From the NCBI GenBank assembly GCA_964252035.1, contig OZ176204.1: 64,000 nucleotides of DNA; one strand, given 5' to 3'. Source of the DNA: Podarcis erhardii. Lineage: Eukaryota. The notes under the pieces are model-generated. The model was given only the letters and a program-made list of their open reading frames with translations, searched no databases and was not told where the DNA came from. The translations under genes and the position numbers were made by a program. This document shows, one piece after another, positions 1 through 12,100 of the stretch; the first letter of the stretch is position 1, and every line of letters begins with the position of its first letter.

Positions 1-394
1 GTAAAGGGGGAAATGGAATGGGCAATGTGGGAAGGAAAGAGTGTATCATCCTATACTTAGTTTTTCATCCCTTAAGAGTAGGCTTGTATAACTTGTGACT
101 AAGCAAGATGAACGCTGTCCACTATGTATTGTGGCATGTCAAAATATATCTGCTTTTAAAGACCAAAGTAGGCAGCAACGCAGATAAAGGCTCTGAGAGT
201 GGGGAAATGCAGCTAGCAGGTTTATTTGGCTTGGTCAGTCACTAAGTTCTACAGATCTGCCTTAAATGGCCCATTTATATCTGCATAAGCTTTGACTGGT
301 TACCATTTTCCATTAAAGTGTAAAGCATAAATGAAAATCTTTACTATTTTTATATTTAGCATTATTCTACAAATGGAAAGAGAAAAACAAGTTA

Positions 395-645
395 CAGTCG
401 TACCTCGACTCCTGAACGCCTTGGGAGTTGAACGTTTCGGCTCCCAAATGATCAAAAACCGGAAGTGAGTGTTCCGGTTTTTGAACGTTCTTTTAGAAGC
501 CGAATGTCTGATGGGTCTTCCGCGGCTCCTGATTGGCTGCAGGAGCTTCCTGCAGCCAATCAGAAGCCGCACTTTGGAAGTCGAATGTTTCGGAAGTCGA
601 ATGGACTTCCAGAATGGATTCTGTTCAATTTCCAAGGTACAGCTG
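395..645. mobile_element. Tc1/mariner (Tigger/pogo-like) MITE in UGGT1 intron
   Basis: TA flanks, imperfect TIRs CAGTCGTACCTCG / CAAGGTACAGCTG, and an internal palindrome TGATTGGCTGCAGGA..TCCTGCAGCCAATCA. Confidence 0.75.
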
Positions 646-743
646 TATTAAGTGTTTGTCATTTATACCAATGAGCCTTTACAAAGAATTTAGCGCACAG
701 TACCCTATCTGATTACAAAGCAACCAAGCAAAGCAATAATTAC

Positions 744-1207
744 CATCATGATTGGATGATCCAAAGTTCTGACAGGTTTCAACAAAGCTCCAAAATTTCT
801 CTTGACCTTCTTCTGCTAAAAATTCACTGAAGAAAGGAGGTGAGAGGAATCATTACATTATGTTAAGTTTTGTTTTGGGGTTTATTTAAAAAAACTATGA
901 CACCGCATTTCACGAGTCCGGATTCAAATTCCATTCAGTAATTAATTTACTGGGTATTTTTAAGGCAAGCCACTGTCTAAGCCTCCCTCATTTGTAACAC
1001 AGGGACACAAATTATATGGGAGATTACATATTTAAACTGCTTTTTTTATAAAAAAAAACATTGAGTTAGCCATCTTGCTTACCTTGCTTCAAGTAATAAA
1101 GGTGTGGAAAACCACTTAGTAGTCAAAGAAGTCGTCACTGCTTTTGAATCTGCTTTTACCAGGGAGAAGCTCACCCATATTCCAATAAGTGCAATTAGAG
1201 TTCCCAT
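744..1207 (-). CDS. UGGT1: UDP-glucose:glycoprotein glucosyltransferase 1, 5' partial CDS: complement(join(744..826,1083..1207)); gene continues off the left edge
   Basis: Minus-strand exons with canonical AG/GT ends (exon 2 1220-1083, exon 3 826-744) translate to MGTLIALIGIWVSFSLVKADSKAVTTSLTTKWFSTPLLLEASEFLAEEGQEKFWSFVETCQNFGSSNHD. This is a signal peptide followed by the DSKA.TTSLTTKWFSTPLLLEASEFLAE motif I recognise from UGGT1. Confidence 0.95.
915..1030 (+). mobile_element. Decayed MIR/CORE-type SINE fragment
   Basis: B-box-like GGATTCAAATTCC followed by CORE-like ctgggt...aggcaagccact...ctcatttgtaa. Confidence 0.45.
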
Positions 1208-1544
1208 CTTATAAAAGAACCTGGAAACAAATGAAGACATTTAACTTAAGCATTGTATTTCAGCAGAAATAGTTAAGCAAGTGTATGCTTCTGTAAATCC
1301 GCGGGTGTGCAATCAGTTATAAGGTATATATCTTGACACAAGCCATCTTGCTGAAGCTAAGCAGCACTGGTTGGATAACCACCTGAGAATAAAATGTGTG
1401 CCACCTTGGGTTCCATGATGGAAGAAAGGCAGCATATAAGAAAATAAATAAACAAAATCTGGGAAAATAAAGATGCAATTCTAGGACTGATTCAGAGGTA
1501 ATGGGCTGATTCACATGTACTGGGAGAACACGTGTTGAAATGCC

Positions 1545-1610
1545 TACACTGCAAAGGGTTGGACTAGATGACCCTCAAGGTCCCTTTCAACTATACAATT
1601 CCATGAGTCT
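1545..1610 (+). mobile_element. CR1 LINE 3' end fragment
   Basis: gggttggactagatgaccctcaaggtccctttcaact...ccatgagtct matches the characteristic CR1 3' terminus. Confidence 0.7.
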
Positions 1611-2479
1611 ATCATGAGCTAGTGAATAAGCAGGTGTTCCAGTCCCGTTTCTTATTTTCCCCTCCTGATTCCAGTTTCCCCTTCTGTATCATGTCTATTA
1701 GATTGTAAGTCTATTTACAGGGACTGACTTCTCTTTTAATACATGCACAGCCCTTAGAAAATGCAGGCACTTTGTAAGTGAATAATGCTAATTTTACATT
1801 GCAGGAAGCGCAATATTAAAACACATATAAAAGCCTCATGGCAATTCTGACATCTGTGAAGTTGGCCTGAGAGAGTAGAGAAACGGAGGTCTCAGAAAAA
1901 TGAATCCTTCCCAAAAACGTATCAAATTTGTCTCACTTGTACTTCATACTGTAAAGGTAACAAGTAGCACTGCAGAAATTACATAAGAAGCTGCTGAGTC
2001 AGATGCTAGTCCATCTAGGTCATTATCATCCAACCTACTATCTCCAAAATCCTCAGCAGAAACGTGTCATTCTCAACCCTGCTACTCAGTGTTGTGTTTT
2101 TTTAAAAAACGAGTGCTTCCCCCTTGCTCCAATGCATCCTACTGTGCATTCACGGTCTACTCTTTAGCACCATTATGGGACTCCACGACGCAGGCATAAT
2201 GATGATACTTCTGACCATGCCAATCGCGATCACAAATCCCATTGTGCAGTTAAGATTTCAGAAAGGCGATCCTGTCCCTCTGCCGCAACAACACCGAATC
2301 CAAGAGCCCTGGGGCTAACACCCTCGTTTGTTAGATCTTCTTTTCCGGGCACAGTTTTAGCAAAAAAAGGATCCAAAGGAGCTCTGCGAATTAACACCCA
2401 ACTGCCAACCGCATCTCTGTCTGTCCTTCGGTTCGAGATATCCGAATCCTTGACCACGCCACAAAGTTGCCGGAATTCG

Positions 2480-2577
2480 GGCTGCAATCCTAACCCTGCT
2501 CGCCTGGGGGGGCGGGGGTGAAACCCACGGGATTCAATAGCACCTAGATCTGAGCCCACTCCGTCAGGATTGCAGCC
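2480..2577. mobile_element. ~98-bp foldback element (GGCTGCAATCCT...AGGATTGCAGCC family)
   Basis: Perfect 12-bp terminal inverted repeat (2480-2491 / 2566-2577). Related copies occur throughout the window. Confidence 0.7.
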
Positions 2578-2798
2578 TTAAAATCGCGCGGCTGTGTTGC
2601 AAGGCTGGAAACACGAGCTTGCTCTGGTTAAGCACCCCGAATTCTCCGCGCCCCAGTCCCTTAGACCCCCCGCTGTCCCTGCTCGTATGGACTCCGCCTC
2701 CTCCGATCTCGCCCCAGGAGAGCCCGAAAAAGGAGAAGCGGCGGCGGCGTCTTCAGAGGCGGGCGTCCGGGAACCCAGGCACCCAGGCACCCACTCAC

Positions 2799-2960
2799 CG
2801 TCCAGTGCTGGGGAACCGCACGGGGGGGGGAGGCGATGGTGCCGGTGCCGCGACTTAGCCAGAGGGCGCCTCCCGGGGCTCTCGCGCCGTGCGGATTATT
2901 ATTGCGCCTGTAAGCTACCGCCACGCTCCTTTCCTGCTTCAGCCGCCGCGGCTCCTTCGG
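2799..2960 (-). other. UGGT1: Probable non-coding first exon of UGGT1 (5' boundary approximate)
   Basis: Strong minus-strand donor ACG|GTGAGT at 2799/2798 inside a CpG island. No minus-strand ATG between 2799 and 3084. Confidence 0.7.
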
Positions 2961-3289
2961 TTTCCTGACAGCTCGCTTCCGGTTCCGGCCCCTCGCCGGC
3001 TACCAGGAAGAGCTGGGGCGAAGCGGCTCTTTGCCCTACGGAGGGAACCAGTCTGGGAGCAGCCCTTGACGCTCGCAGCGCCATTTCGGCTATGGGCAAA
3101 CAAAGTCCCGCTCAAGGCGACGCTCCAGTCGCCCATCAGGGGCGCTGTTCCCATCACGAAGCGGAATGCAAACTGCAAGCAGGCGAGCGAGGGGGCAGGC
3201 AGCCGACGGTATCGTGAAGCTGTACCCTACCCTTCCCGCTTTATTGCCTGCCGACATAATAGCATCTCCCGCTTCCACCTCGCCACTGA

Positions 3290-3318
3290 ATTATTATTAT
3301 TAGTAGTAGTAGTAGTAT
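3290..3318. repeat. (TTA)n(GTA)n compound microsatellite
   Basis: ttattattattagtagtagtagtagta read directly. Confidence 0.85.
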
Positions 3319-5493
3319 TTCCCCACCCTACGCACAAATACGCACACGCACAGTCCGCTGCAAGAGACTTGTGGCTTTTTCGTTTCAGGGTAACTCGACT
3401 AGCGTTAGATAGTACTGCACAGGCTCCAGCGCTAGGAAGATCCTCTTTAGGACCAGGCAGGAAGTCATCCTCCCGAGCCCTTGCCAGGCTACAGTGCCGC
3501 TCTGCACTTTCATAGTTCTGCATCGTGGAGGAGGCACCTGTTCTCCAAAGGTGGTTGAGACGACAAGCGACCGACGTCCTCGTGCCTGGGCTCCAGCCAT
3601 TATAGGAGTTTGAGTCCAACAGCATCTGAAGAGCCTCACGTTTCCTTCGCATCCCTGTTCTACGCTGCAACATTGTTTCCTGAGCCCAGTTTTAAAAACT
3701 GCAGGACTTGAGACTCCTTTAATAGCAAAGAGATAAATCACTTCAATAGGGACCTTCTGCCCAACTGCACCCTTTTTCAGGATACACTACTTGATTCCAT
3801 CTCCTATCCCCCACAACAGTCTGCATGAGTACAGAACTCAAATCTAGTATCTACGCTACCCCTTGCTTGAAAAGACATTCCTTCTGCCTACTTATGTGCC
3901 CCCAGCTGTGGAAAAGAATCAGTCAAGTCATCTGGTCTAAACCCAACCCAAGCCTCACCCATATATTCAAAGCCAGTCCCAGGTTTTCAAGTGGCAGAGC
4001 CCTCAGCAAGATTTATTCAGTGGGACTACCAACTTCTGTGAACTAATTTTTTGACAGGACACCATCTGTAGTAGTGTCTCCTCTTTGTCCCCTTGCTGCC
4101 CCTCCTTCCTGCTATATCTGACCCTTGCTTATATCATATGTTTATGATATTGTGAACCCTCTTGAGCGGGATATGCCCCCAAAAGGCAGCCAATTATTCA
4201 CCCACCCAAGTGAGGAAGTAAGTGTGTGGCAATGACAGCAAGGAGCACTGGAAGTAGGATCAGTGGTTATTTATTTATATTTTCTCACAGGACTTTTTAA
4301 AGGGGAAACTCACTGAAACTCACAGCACCTCTCAGGTGGGCACCATTGCCATTCTAAGAGAATGAGGGAGGTGTTCATGGTGAGTTCCGGCACCTCTTTT
4401 TCTAGAAAAATAGCACTGTATTTACTTTATTTAACACTTTCATTCCATTATTCAGGCACAAAGACTCCCACAGTCCCTTACAGATTAATTTTAAAAAAGC
4501 ACCACAAGACAATTCCTGCCTTACTGTTTAAGATGCATGATGCCAAAGGGGGGGAAACAAATAAATTCAAGCACCATTTTGTAACAGTTACAAAGGTCAT
4601 ACGGTTGTTCAAACTGAAACCAAAATGAGCTGGTCTCTCAGAAGATCCAATGGAGTTGACCTGCTTCCCATTGCTCATTTTGCTGCAACCTGATAGATGA
4701 CAAAAAAATTAAAACCTTGTAGATCATATAATATGATACGCAGTGCAGACTGCTGGTCATATAGCCATAAAATCTGGATTGCTTATTATTATTTTATTTA
4801 TTGAATTTATGTACTGTGCTATACCCGGATGTCTCAGGGTGGTTCACATATCAATATCTAATAGTACCCATTGTCATTCTAATATTGCTTGCCAATATTC
4901 ATTTACCAGCATTGCCCACATCACCACCTCCCCTTTATGAACTTGAACAACCTATATATATTTGAAAACTTCCCACCGAGGCTCCCCATTAGCTCCATAT
5001 CTAAAATCCTCTCACATCCAACACCACCTAGTCCCTCCCAATCATGCCAGCCACAGTCTTGCTTCACACAAGTCTCCTTTTTTCATAAAGGAATGGCCAC
5101 CTCCACCATTTCACATTCTTTCCCATAAGCAGAAGTGTTGGCAGATCATGTACTCTCCACCCTCCTTAAAACTGCTGGTGGTGGTTTAAAAGAAGGATGT
5201 GGATGCTAAGGCTGTGAATCCTGAATGACCTGGTCCTTTGCCTACTCCTGTACAGATTCTTGGGCTGGGGTGTTTGGAGTTTGTTTTTGTTGCAGGGGGT
5301 TGTTGCTGTTGCTTTTTTGTATCTTTATTTTCGATATTGTGATTTATGTGAAAATTGTTCAGTTTGGTTGTGTATTTTCTAATGATTTGTTGATTATGAC
5401 TACTTTTGTTATGTTGTAGTTATGTATTTTTCACGTTGTAAGCCACCTTGAGCATGGCTCTAACTGCAGAAAGGCAGCATACAAAGAAAATTA

Positions 5494-5665
5494 TGTAAAG
5501 GTAAAAAAGTAAATGACCCCTGGACAGTTAAGTCCAGTCAAAGGCAACTATGGGGTGCAGTGCTCATCTCACTTTAGGCCGAGGGAGCCAGCATTTGTCC
5601 AGACAGCTTTCCGGGTCATGACGCCAGCATGACAAAACTGCTTCTGGCGCAACAGAACTTCCCTG
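5494..5665 (-). mobile_element. 5'-truncated Sauria SINE
   Basis: Reverse complement of the 3' half of the copy at 19737, including the tail (aaaggtaaa on the plus strand). Confidence 0.75.
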
Positions 5666-6589
5666 CCCTAAGGAACCATTTACTGGGCTGAAGTTGGTTC
5701 AGTATTTATTACATTCCTCCAAGGAGCGCAAAGTGGTGTACATCTCCCCGAATTATTCCTACAGCAACTTTGTGAGGTAGAATATGGAAATTAGTTTATG
5801 GAGCTTCACCATGGAGAAGGGATCTGAACCTGCCCGCCCACCCTGGCTTTCTCTGGCACTGTACGGGCATTGCAATATACTCCAGTGGGTATAAGAGTGC
5901 CACAGGCTGCTCTAGGGACCCTGAAGGCCCTTCCATTGTATGACAGCCCAGTGTTGACTGCCATAGTCCAACAGTCCACGCCTGTCCATTATATTACATG
6001 TATTACAATATTATTAATATTAGCCCCGTTCATAACCAGTGAATGAGATGCTGCTAAAATGCAGAGAACTTGTGTGTTTTAGAATAACAAGAGATCACAG
6101 CAACGGGGCAATAATAAAACTTTTAATAACGGTCAGGCAGGTAAATGTAAGGCAGAGCGGGAGCAATGCGGCTTCGGGGCAGCTCCGCTTTTTGTTTTCT
6201 TAGCTTGGGTTCGGAAGTGGGAGCGGGAAAAGGAACTGACAGCTCCCAGGTCGGTTTCCCGCCATCTCACCAAGCAGCGGACCGTCCCGTTCTCCATCTA
6301 GAAGCCATTTACTAAAGCGCTCCGAAGAAAGCCGACCAATCCTAATCTTGGTGGGCGGAGGCAGCTAAACGCTCGTCCCGCCTCCTTTCAGGCGGCCAAT
6401 CGGGACCCTCTCGCTTCCCCCAACCTCTCGCGGCGTTATCTATGGGCGACGCTCAGTTCTCGAACTACAGCCCCCAGGAGCCTCTGCGCAAGCGCCGCCT
6501 CAGCCAATCGACGCGCCTAGCGAGGAGAAATTATCACCGCTGTGGGCAGGACTAGGCGAGACCCAATCAATCGAAAGGGGGGAGGGGAT

Positions 6590-6699
6590 GCTTTGCTGCG
6601 GCAGCGGAAGCAACACTCCCGACTGAGCCCCCTCAGCGTCGGCGAAAGAAGCGGCTCCGGAGGCTACTCCGAGAGGCACCGCCGCCCCCTCGGCTGCAG
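6590..6699 (+). other. SAP130: Candidate SAP130 first exon 1a (start approximate)
   Basis: Donor CAG|GTAACT at 6699/6700. The exon ends CGG CTG CAG (RLQ) in phase 0 with exon 2 (VEMSSQQ), matching the human RLQ|VEMSS junction as I recall it. Confidence 0.6.
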
Positions 6700-7149
6700 G
6701 TAACTCGGCGGGCAAGGGGAGGGCTCGTTCGGGGAGCGGGGCGCCAGGGAGAGGCGCCGCTCCCTCTGGCCGAGCCCCGCCGAGAGTTACTCGAGCTGGG
6801 CGCCCGACTCCTCCTCACTCACGGCGGCTGCTTGGGGCGTTCGCGGCGGCCGCCGCAGCCTTTTTATTCTCGCTGAACATCCGGGTCCCTGGCCCTGCGC
6901 GTCTGTTTCACATAGTGATCAGGGAGGGAAGGGAGGCGGGCCCTGGCTACTCCTGATTAGCCATTACCTGTTTTCCCATTGGTAGTTAGGCGTAGCCTGT
7001 GCGGGCTTTCCCATTGGTTGGCAGGTTGTGCTGCCTTCTACGCTGGGCTGGCTCGCCATAGGGAAGTGAGAGGATCCCATTGGCTGCCCGCAGAGGGGGG
7101 CGGGCTTCGCTCATGCTCTAGTGGGCGGAGCTTATGCCGAGAGGAGAGC

Positions 7150-7351
7150 TCCGCCCGAAGCGAGCGAAAGGGGAGGGGCCTCGGGAGCCGCCCCTGACCG
7201 GCGACGGGCGCTGCTCCCTTTGCCGCCTTGTGCTGCGCGCTGCGGCGTCTCCGCTGCAGAGTGTCGGCTTCTCCCGTCAAGATTCCGCACTAAACTCGCC
7301 CCGATCGCGCCTGTCTCGGAAGCCAAAAGTTTGCGGCGGGTTTGCGGGCGG
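7150..7351 (+). other. SAP130: Candidate SAP130 first exon 1b (start approximate)
   Basis: Donor CGG|GTGAGC at 7351/7352, downstream of the ATTGG and GC-box cluster. Confidence 0.55.
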
Positions 7352-9122
7352 GTGAGCCGGCCCAGCTGTTGCAAGCGGCGCTGTTATAATCGTATTGATC
7401 GTAGTGGCCCTTCCACGACCAGCGCAGTTTAGGGTCGGGGGTGCGGGGTGGGGCGAGGTATTAGGCTTGTTTCCCAGAACAAGGGGGAAAGAGAGCATCC
7501 CCGAATAAGGAGCTGCTTCTGGATTCCCCTAGATCTCGCACTGTGCACGTGCAGTCATTACCCCTGATGACTTCAAGTAGCTGCGTTCTGCTGCCAAGCA
7601 GGTAATTGAGATACTGTAGGTGTTGCCTGCAGTTGATGTTAAAAGAGGGAGACAAACACATGAAAGTTGAATTTACGTTTGTATTGCGGTGTCATAAAGT
7701 GGTTTTGGAGTTGATGGTGATGTAGAAGTTATGATCGTGAAGGATGTGAAGACTGTGAAGACTGATTTAGTCTTCCCTAGCTTGCTACCATCCAGGTGCA
7801 GTTTGACTTTATCTCCCATCACTCCTGCTGATTGGCTATTCCAGCTGTCACTGATGGGAGCTGGAGTTCAGAACTGGTTTATGTGATTACTGTACTGATG
7901 TCAGTATCCAACGTCTAACACTCCATTATGCAGCCCAAGATTTGCTTATTCAGGAATAAGTTCTCTGTTAAGTGAGGCATTCTCTCTGGTAAGTGTGCAC
8001 AACAGATGCTTAGCTGTTCAGTGTAGTTGTATTGTTCTGCGTAGTTGTACACTTCCTCTGGTTTTTGCATGGCTGCTGTCAACAGAAGTATATAGTAGTT
8101 TGTGTAGAACTTTTGAGTTGTTTGGAAGCCCTCTGCCTGAGATCTTGGAAACTAGACAGTAAAGTAAACAATGCTGATATAATTAGATCAATGGTCTGGT
8201 TTTACAGTTATAGTCACTTTCAGTGTTTCTATGTAGTTTGCTCAGCTGTTGCACAGAATTAGCTGAGTCTTTCTGATTGCATTTGGGTACCTGTGTGTGA
8301 CAGCTGTGTTGCTCATCATTACATTTACTGTCATGTGTACATGTGCAATCTTTCAATATAGATTTAGTATTTAATACCAGCCTTACCTCCTTTGGAACTG
8401 CATGAGGAAAGAGTATAGAGAATTATAGCCATTTACAAAGTACAAGATAATTACATCTATCATTTCATTTATTTAAAGCATTTCTGCCCTGGTCTATAAT
8501 CTTTAAACTGTATTTGTTTTGTGTAGTTGATGGTATGTTTAATTGATGTTCAGTACACGATTAAAATACTTTGATATAGGTGTCTTACACAGATGTTTGC
8601 ATAGCAGCTGTTATTTATCGATACTACTAATGCTAATATTGAGTCTTAATTTCATAATTATAGCCCTGGTTTTTTTTCCAGATAGTTAGTAGAGAAGTCC
8701 TAATGTCAAAATATTGGAAGGTTAATATCCTCTGGACACATTTCTGGGAGTAAGATTCATTGAAGACAGTGGGACTTATTTCTCAGTAAGCATAAGTTGG
8801 CACTGTAAACATTGGATTTGTGCCAGGCCTATGTATTGCTACTTTATTATTTGCATGTGGTGGTTGTCACTTGAACCTGTGTTACTATTTTTATATTTCA
8901 GTATATTAACGGACCAACATTTGTCTATTAAGTTACTGAACTTGGCTGAACTGTTTGTATTTTATATTTTAACCAGATGGAGAGCTTGCATATCATTTGT
9001 CAGTGGCTACTCTGTGCAAACATACGTAACCTAACTGAATTTGCTGGGATTCCTCAGTAACAAGGGCTTCAGTAATGTGGATGTATGAATTATTTGTAAT
9101 TCTGTGTGTTCCATAGGTGGAA

Positions 9123-12100
9123 ATGAGTTCTCAGCAGTTTCCCCGTTCAGGACCCCCTCCTGCAAGTCTAGGACCAGCTCCAGCTCCGATCTCTACCAGT
9201 GGATCTACTGGATTGATAAACCCAACAACTACAGGTAAGGCAACTACAGGATTTCTACTAAGGCTTCAGTATACTTGTTTTGGAAGTAAGTTCCATAGCA
9301 ATCAAAGACAGCATTCCTGTGCCTTGCCTGTTTCTAGTCCTGTTTTCTTTCTAAAATTTCATACATTTTTCTATTTAGTGAGTGATGAACCCAGCCGAGA
9401 AATGGAAGTTGCTCCCAGAGATCATGTGGTCCCTGGTGGCTCTCTGCAGTCCCGTGAAGAGAAGCAGGAAACAGTGGTAGTCCGGCCATATCCGCAGGTG
9501 CAAATGTTGACTCAGCACCATACGGTACAATCTGGTGTGCCAGTTACAGTAGCAGCTCCTCCAGCACATTTAGCTCCAGCAGTGCCACTTTCTTTTTCTG
9601 AAGGTCTTATGAAGGTAATGAGAGCATTGCTTTTCAAGTATGGAATAGGGGTATTTAATAGCACAAATTTAATGCAGTGGCAAAGTTAGCTGAGGCTAGA
9701 TTTAAGTTTAAGTGCAACTTTCTCTTTATTTTAGCATGTACTTGTTTATATATTGCAACTGTCTTTGGTTCCCTGGGACAGAGAAGGTTGAATACTGTTA
9801 TCTGGTGCTTTCTAAAGAAAATCTACTGAAACCTTTACCATTGAAGGCAGTCTGACAAGGGATTGGACTAGTACATAGTTCACAGTGATGGAGCAAATAT
9901 GTTTTCTGTTATGCCAGAGGGGTAGGACTTGAACCAATAGGTTGAAATTACAAGGAAATGCTCCCCATTGGTACAAACTGTGCCTCAGAAGATGGTGGGC
10001 CCTCCTTGTTAGATGTTTTAAAGCAGAGGCTGGTAAGCTAACAGTTATGCTATAGCAGCAAATTTTCTGCATTAGCAGGAGGTCTACGTGATGTTTTCAA
10101 GTCCTTTTCAACTCTGTGAATCTATGAAAAACTCAGTCAAAATATCCTACTGCCCATCTCTTAAACATGCCGCTAAATTCTTCCTAAAAAGTGCTGGGCA
10201 CACTGGTCATGCCCTTGCAAGAGCATTGTAATTGTCAGCTGTGCTGGCTGGGGCTAATGGAAGTTGTGGTACAAAACATCTGGAGGGTACCAGTTGCTGA
10301 AGGCTTCTCTTTGCCATGCATGAATAAGAACTGTCGGAGGAGGAGGAGGAGGAAGAGGTTCACAGTAGTTAATTGGAAAGAGGCATCTTGTCCCTTGCAT
10401 CATCTTCCCCGTACACTGAGGCTGGCGGTGAAATGATAATCATTGGTAATCTTAATCCTAAACAGTTTGGCTTAGAGAAAATACAGCCCCACAGGTTTTG
10501 AGAGTTGACTGTCTCTGTTCCAGCGCAACCAGTAGTGAGTTGCATAATTTCAAACCCTAGACCTAATTTTTGTTAAGCGGGGGAGAGCAGGATTACAAAA
10601 AGTTTCAAGGAAATTGGTTGATGGGGTATGTCTGTCTGTATAATTATTTGTGTGCTAACTTCCAGTAGCTGTCTCCAAGATTAAAGCTTTTTGTACTAGT
10701 GACTTGATCTTAAGAAAGCAATATTATTGCACAAAGATTCATCTTTTCATATGATTCTCTTCTGAGGAATAATGTGTATAGAGAAATTCAAAATAATTTA
10801 ATTAGACTGTGGCTACCAGTAAGTTTGTTACAGGTTTTCTTTTCCCCTCAGGGTTAACTAACTGGTGCATACTTGTGTTGTTTTTATTTGTTCTGTTGCC
10901 ACAGATTTCTAAGAACCAGTAGTTGTATCTTTATGTTCTTTGCAGCCTCCCCTGAAGCCTACCATCCCTAGCCGCCCTATTGCACCAGCTCCACCCTCTC
11001 CTCTCTCCTGCCCCACCAAAGTCCCAGGGCAAGTTACTGTAACAATGGAGAGCAGCATCCCACAGGCCTCTGCTATTCCTGTAGCAACAATCAGTGGACA
11101 ACAGGTAATCATTTTCTTCTTCTAAAGTAACTTTTTTGTTTGTTTAAAGTCATGGAAAGCAAATGAAGCACTGTGAACCACAGTAGCCACAGTCTTGGTT
11201 TGTATCTCCTACCATAATAATTCATATCTAACCTGTACTTTCAAGCGGCTTAACGGTAGTGTGTGGTTGTATATGAAGCCTTTCTTGTAAATTACATCTA
11301 GACGATTTCCCCACACACAATCTGTTACTGTCTGCAGGGACATCCCAGCAATGTGCACCATATCATGACAACCAATGTTCAGATGTCAATAATCCGAAGT
11401 AGTGCTCCTGGACCACCATTACACATTGGAGCGTCTCACTTACCTCGAGGTACTTAACATAATACTTTCTTGGGATGATTGATTATGTAATAAACTTATT
11501 CTGGACAATGTTTATACTGTGGTTAATGCATGCGTCAATACCTTGGTAGAGTAGCTATAAAGATAATGGTTGCAATCTAAAGTAACGATTTTTAGCTTCT
11601 TGGTCTTGGGAAAGTGTAGGGTATAATTAGGGTTACAGTAGAATATGGTGTGTTGATCATTTTTTTAAAAAAACACACACACCCCTCATATGTTTTAGGA
11701 CAGGGGTGCCCTTCAGACATTGTTGACTACAAATCTCATCATCCATAGCCAGCAAGGCCAACAGTTCAACCAGTGGGCAGGGTTGATGAGAGTTGTAGTC
11801 CATCAACATTTGGAGGACACCATGTTGGCTGCCCCTTGTTTACAATATGCTGTGGATCACATGCCGTCTACATTCTGGGCAAATCCACCATCTCTAACTG
11901 CAGTTAACATTAATACTGGTGTCAACGGCAGTTCAGATGAACCAGATTCTTTATATACAAGGGTTAACAAATTGGTTTCAAGTCCTGTTCAAGAGATTAG
12001 GCTCAATTCAATATCCCTGTAAAGTAATCTGCAGTTCAAGCCAGCTGGAGAAACTTGATACATCTGAAGGGAGGAGGGAGCATACAGCTCCACAGCCTAT

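Larger units (their letters stand above)
2400..3300. promoter_or_regulatory. CpG island / UGGT1 promoter
   Basis: High GC and CpG density, an ETS-like CTTCCGG near 2976, and it encloses the exon 1 donor. Confidence 0.8.
6240..7450. promoter_or_regulatory. CpG island / SAP130 promoter region with two CCAAT-box clusters
   Basis: CCAAT at 6336, 6396, 6504 and 6563; ATTGG at 6978, 7013 and 7079; several GC boxes; ACTACAGCCCCCAG at 6464. Confidence 0.85.

Noticed and set aside
1317-1382. Extra minus-strand acceptor (ttttattctcag| at 1383/1382) upstream of UGGT1 exon 2
   Set aside because: No convincing donor follows. At most it extends the UTR with a 9-aa uORF, and nothing else supports it.
6200-6265. 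Minus-strand ATG in good context (gagATGG at 6265)
   Set aside because: The ORF closes after 21 codons (MAGNRPGSCQFLFPLPLPNPS*), with no sign of coding potential.
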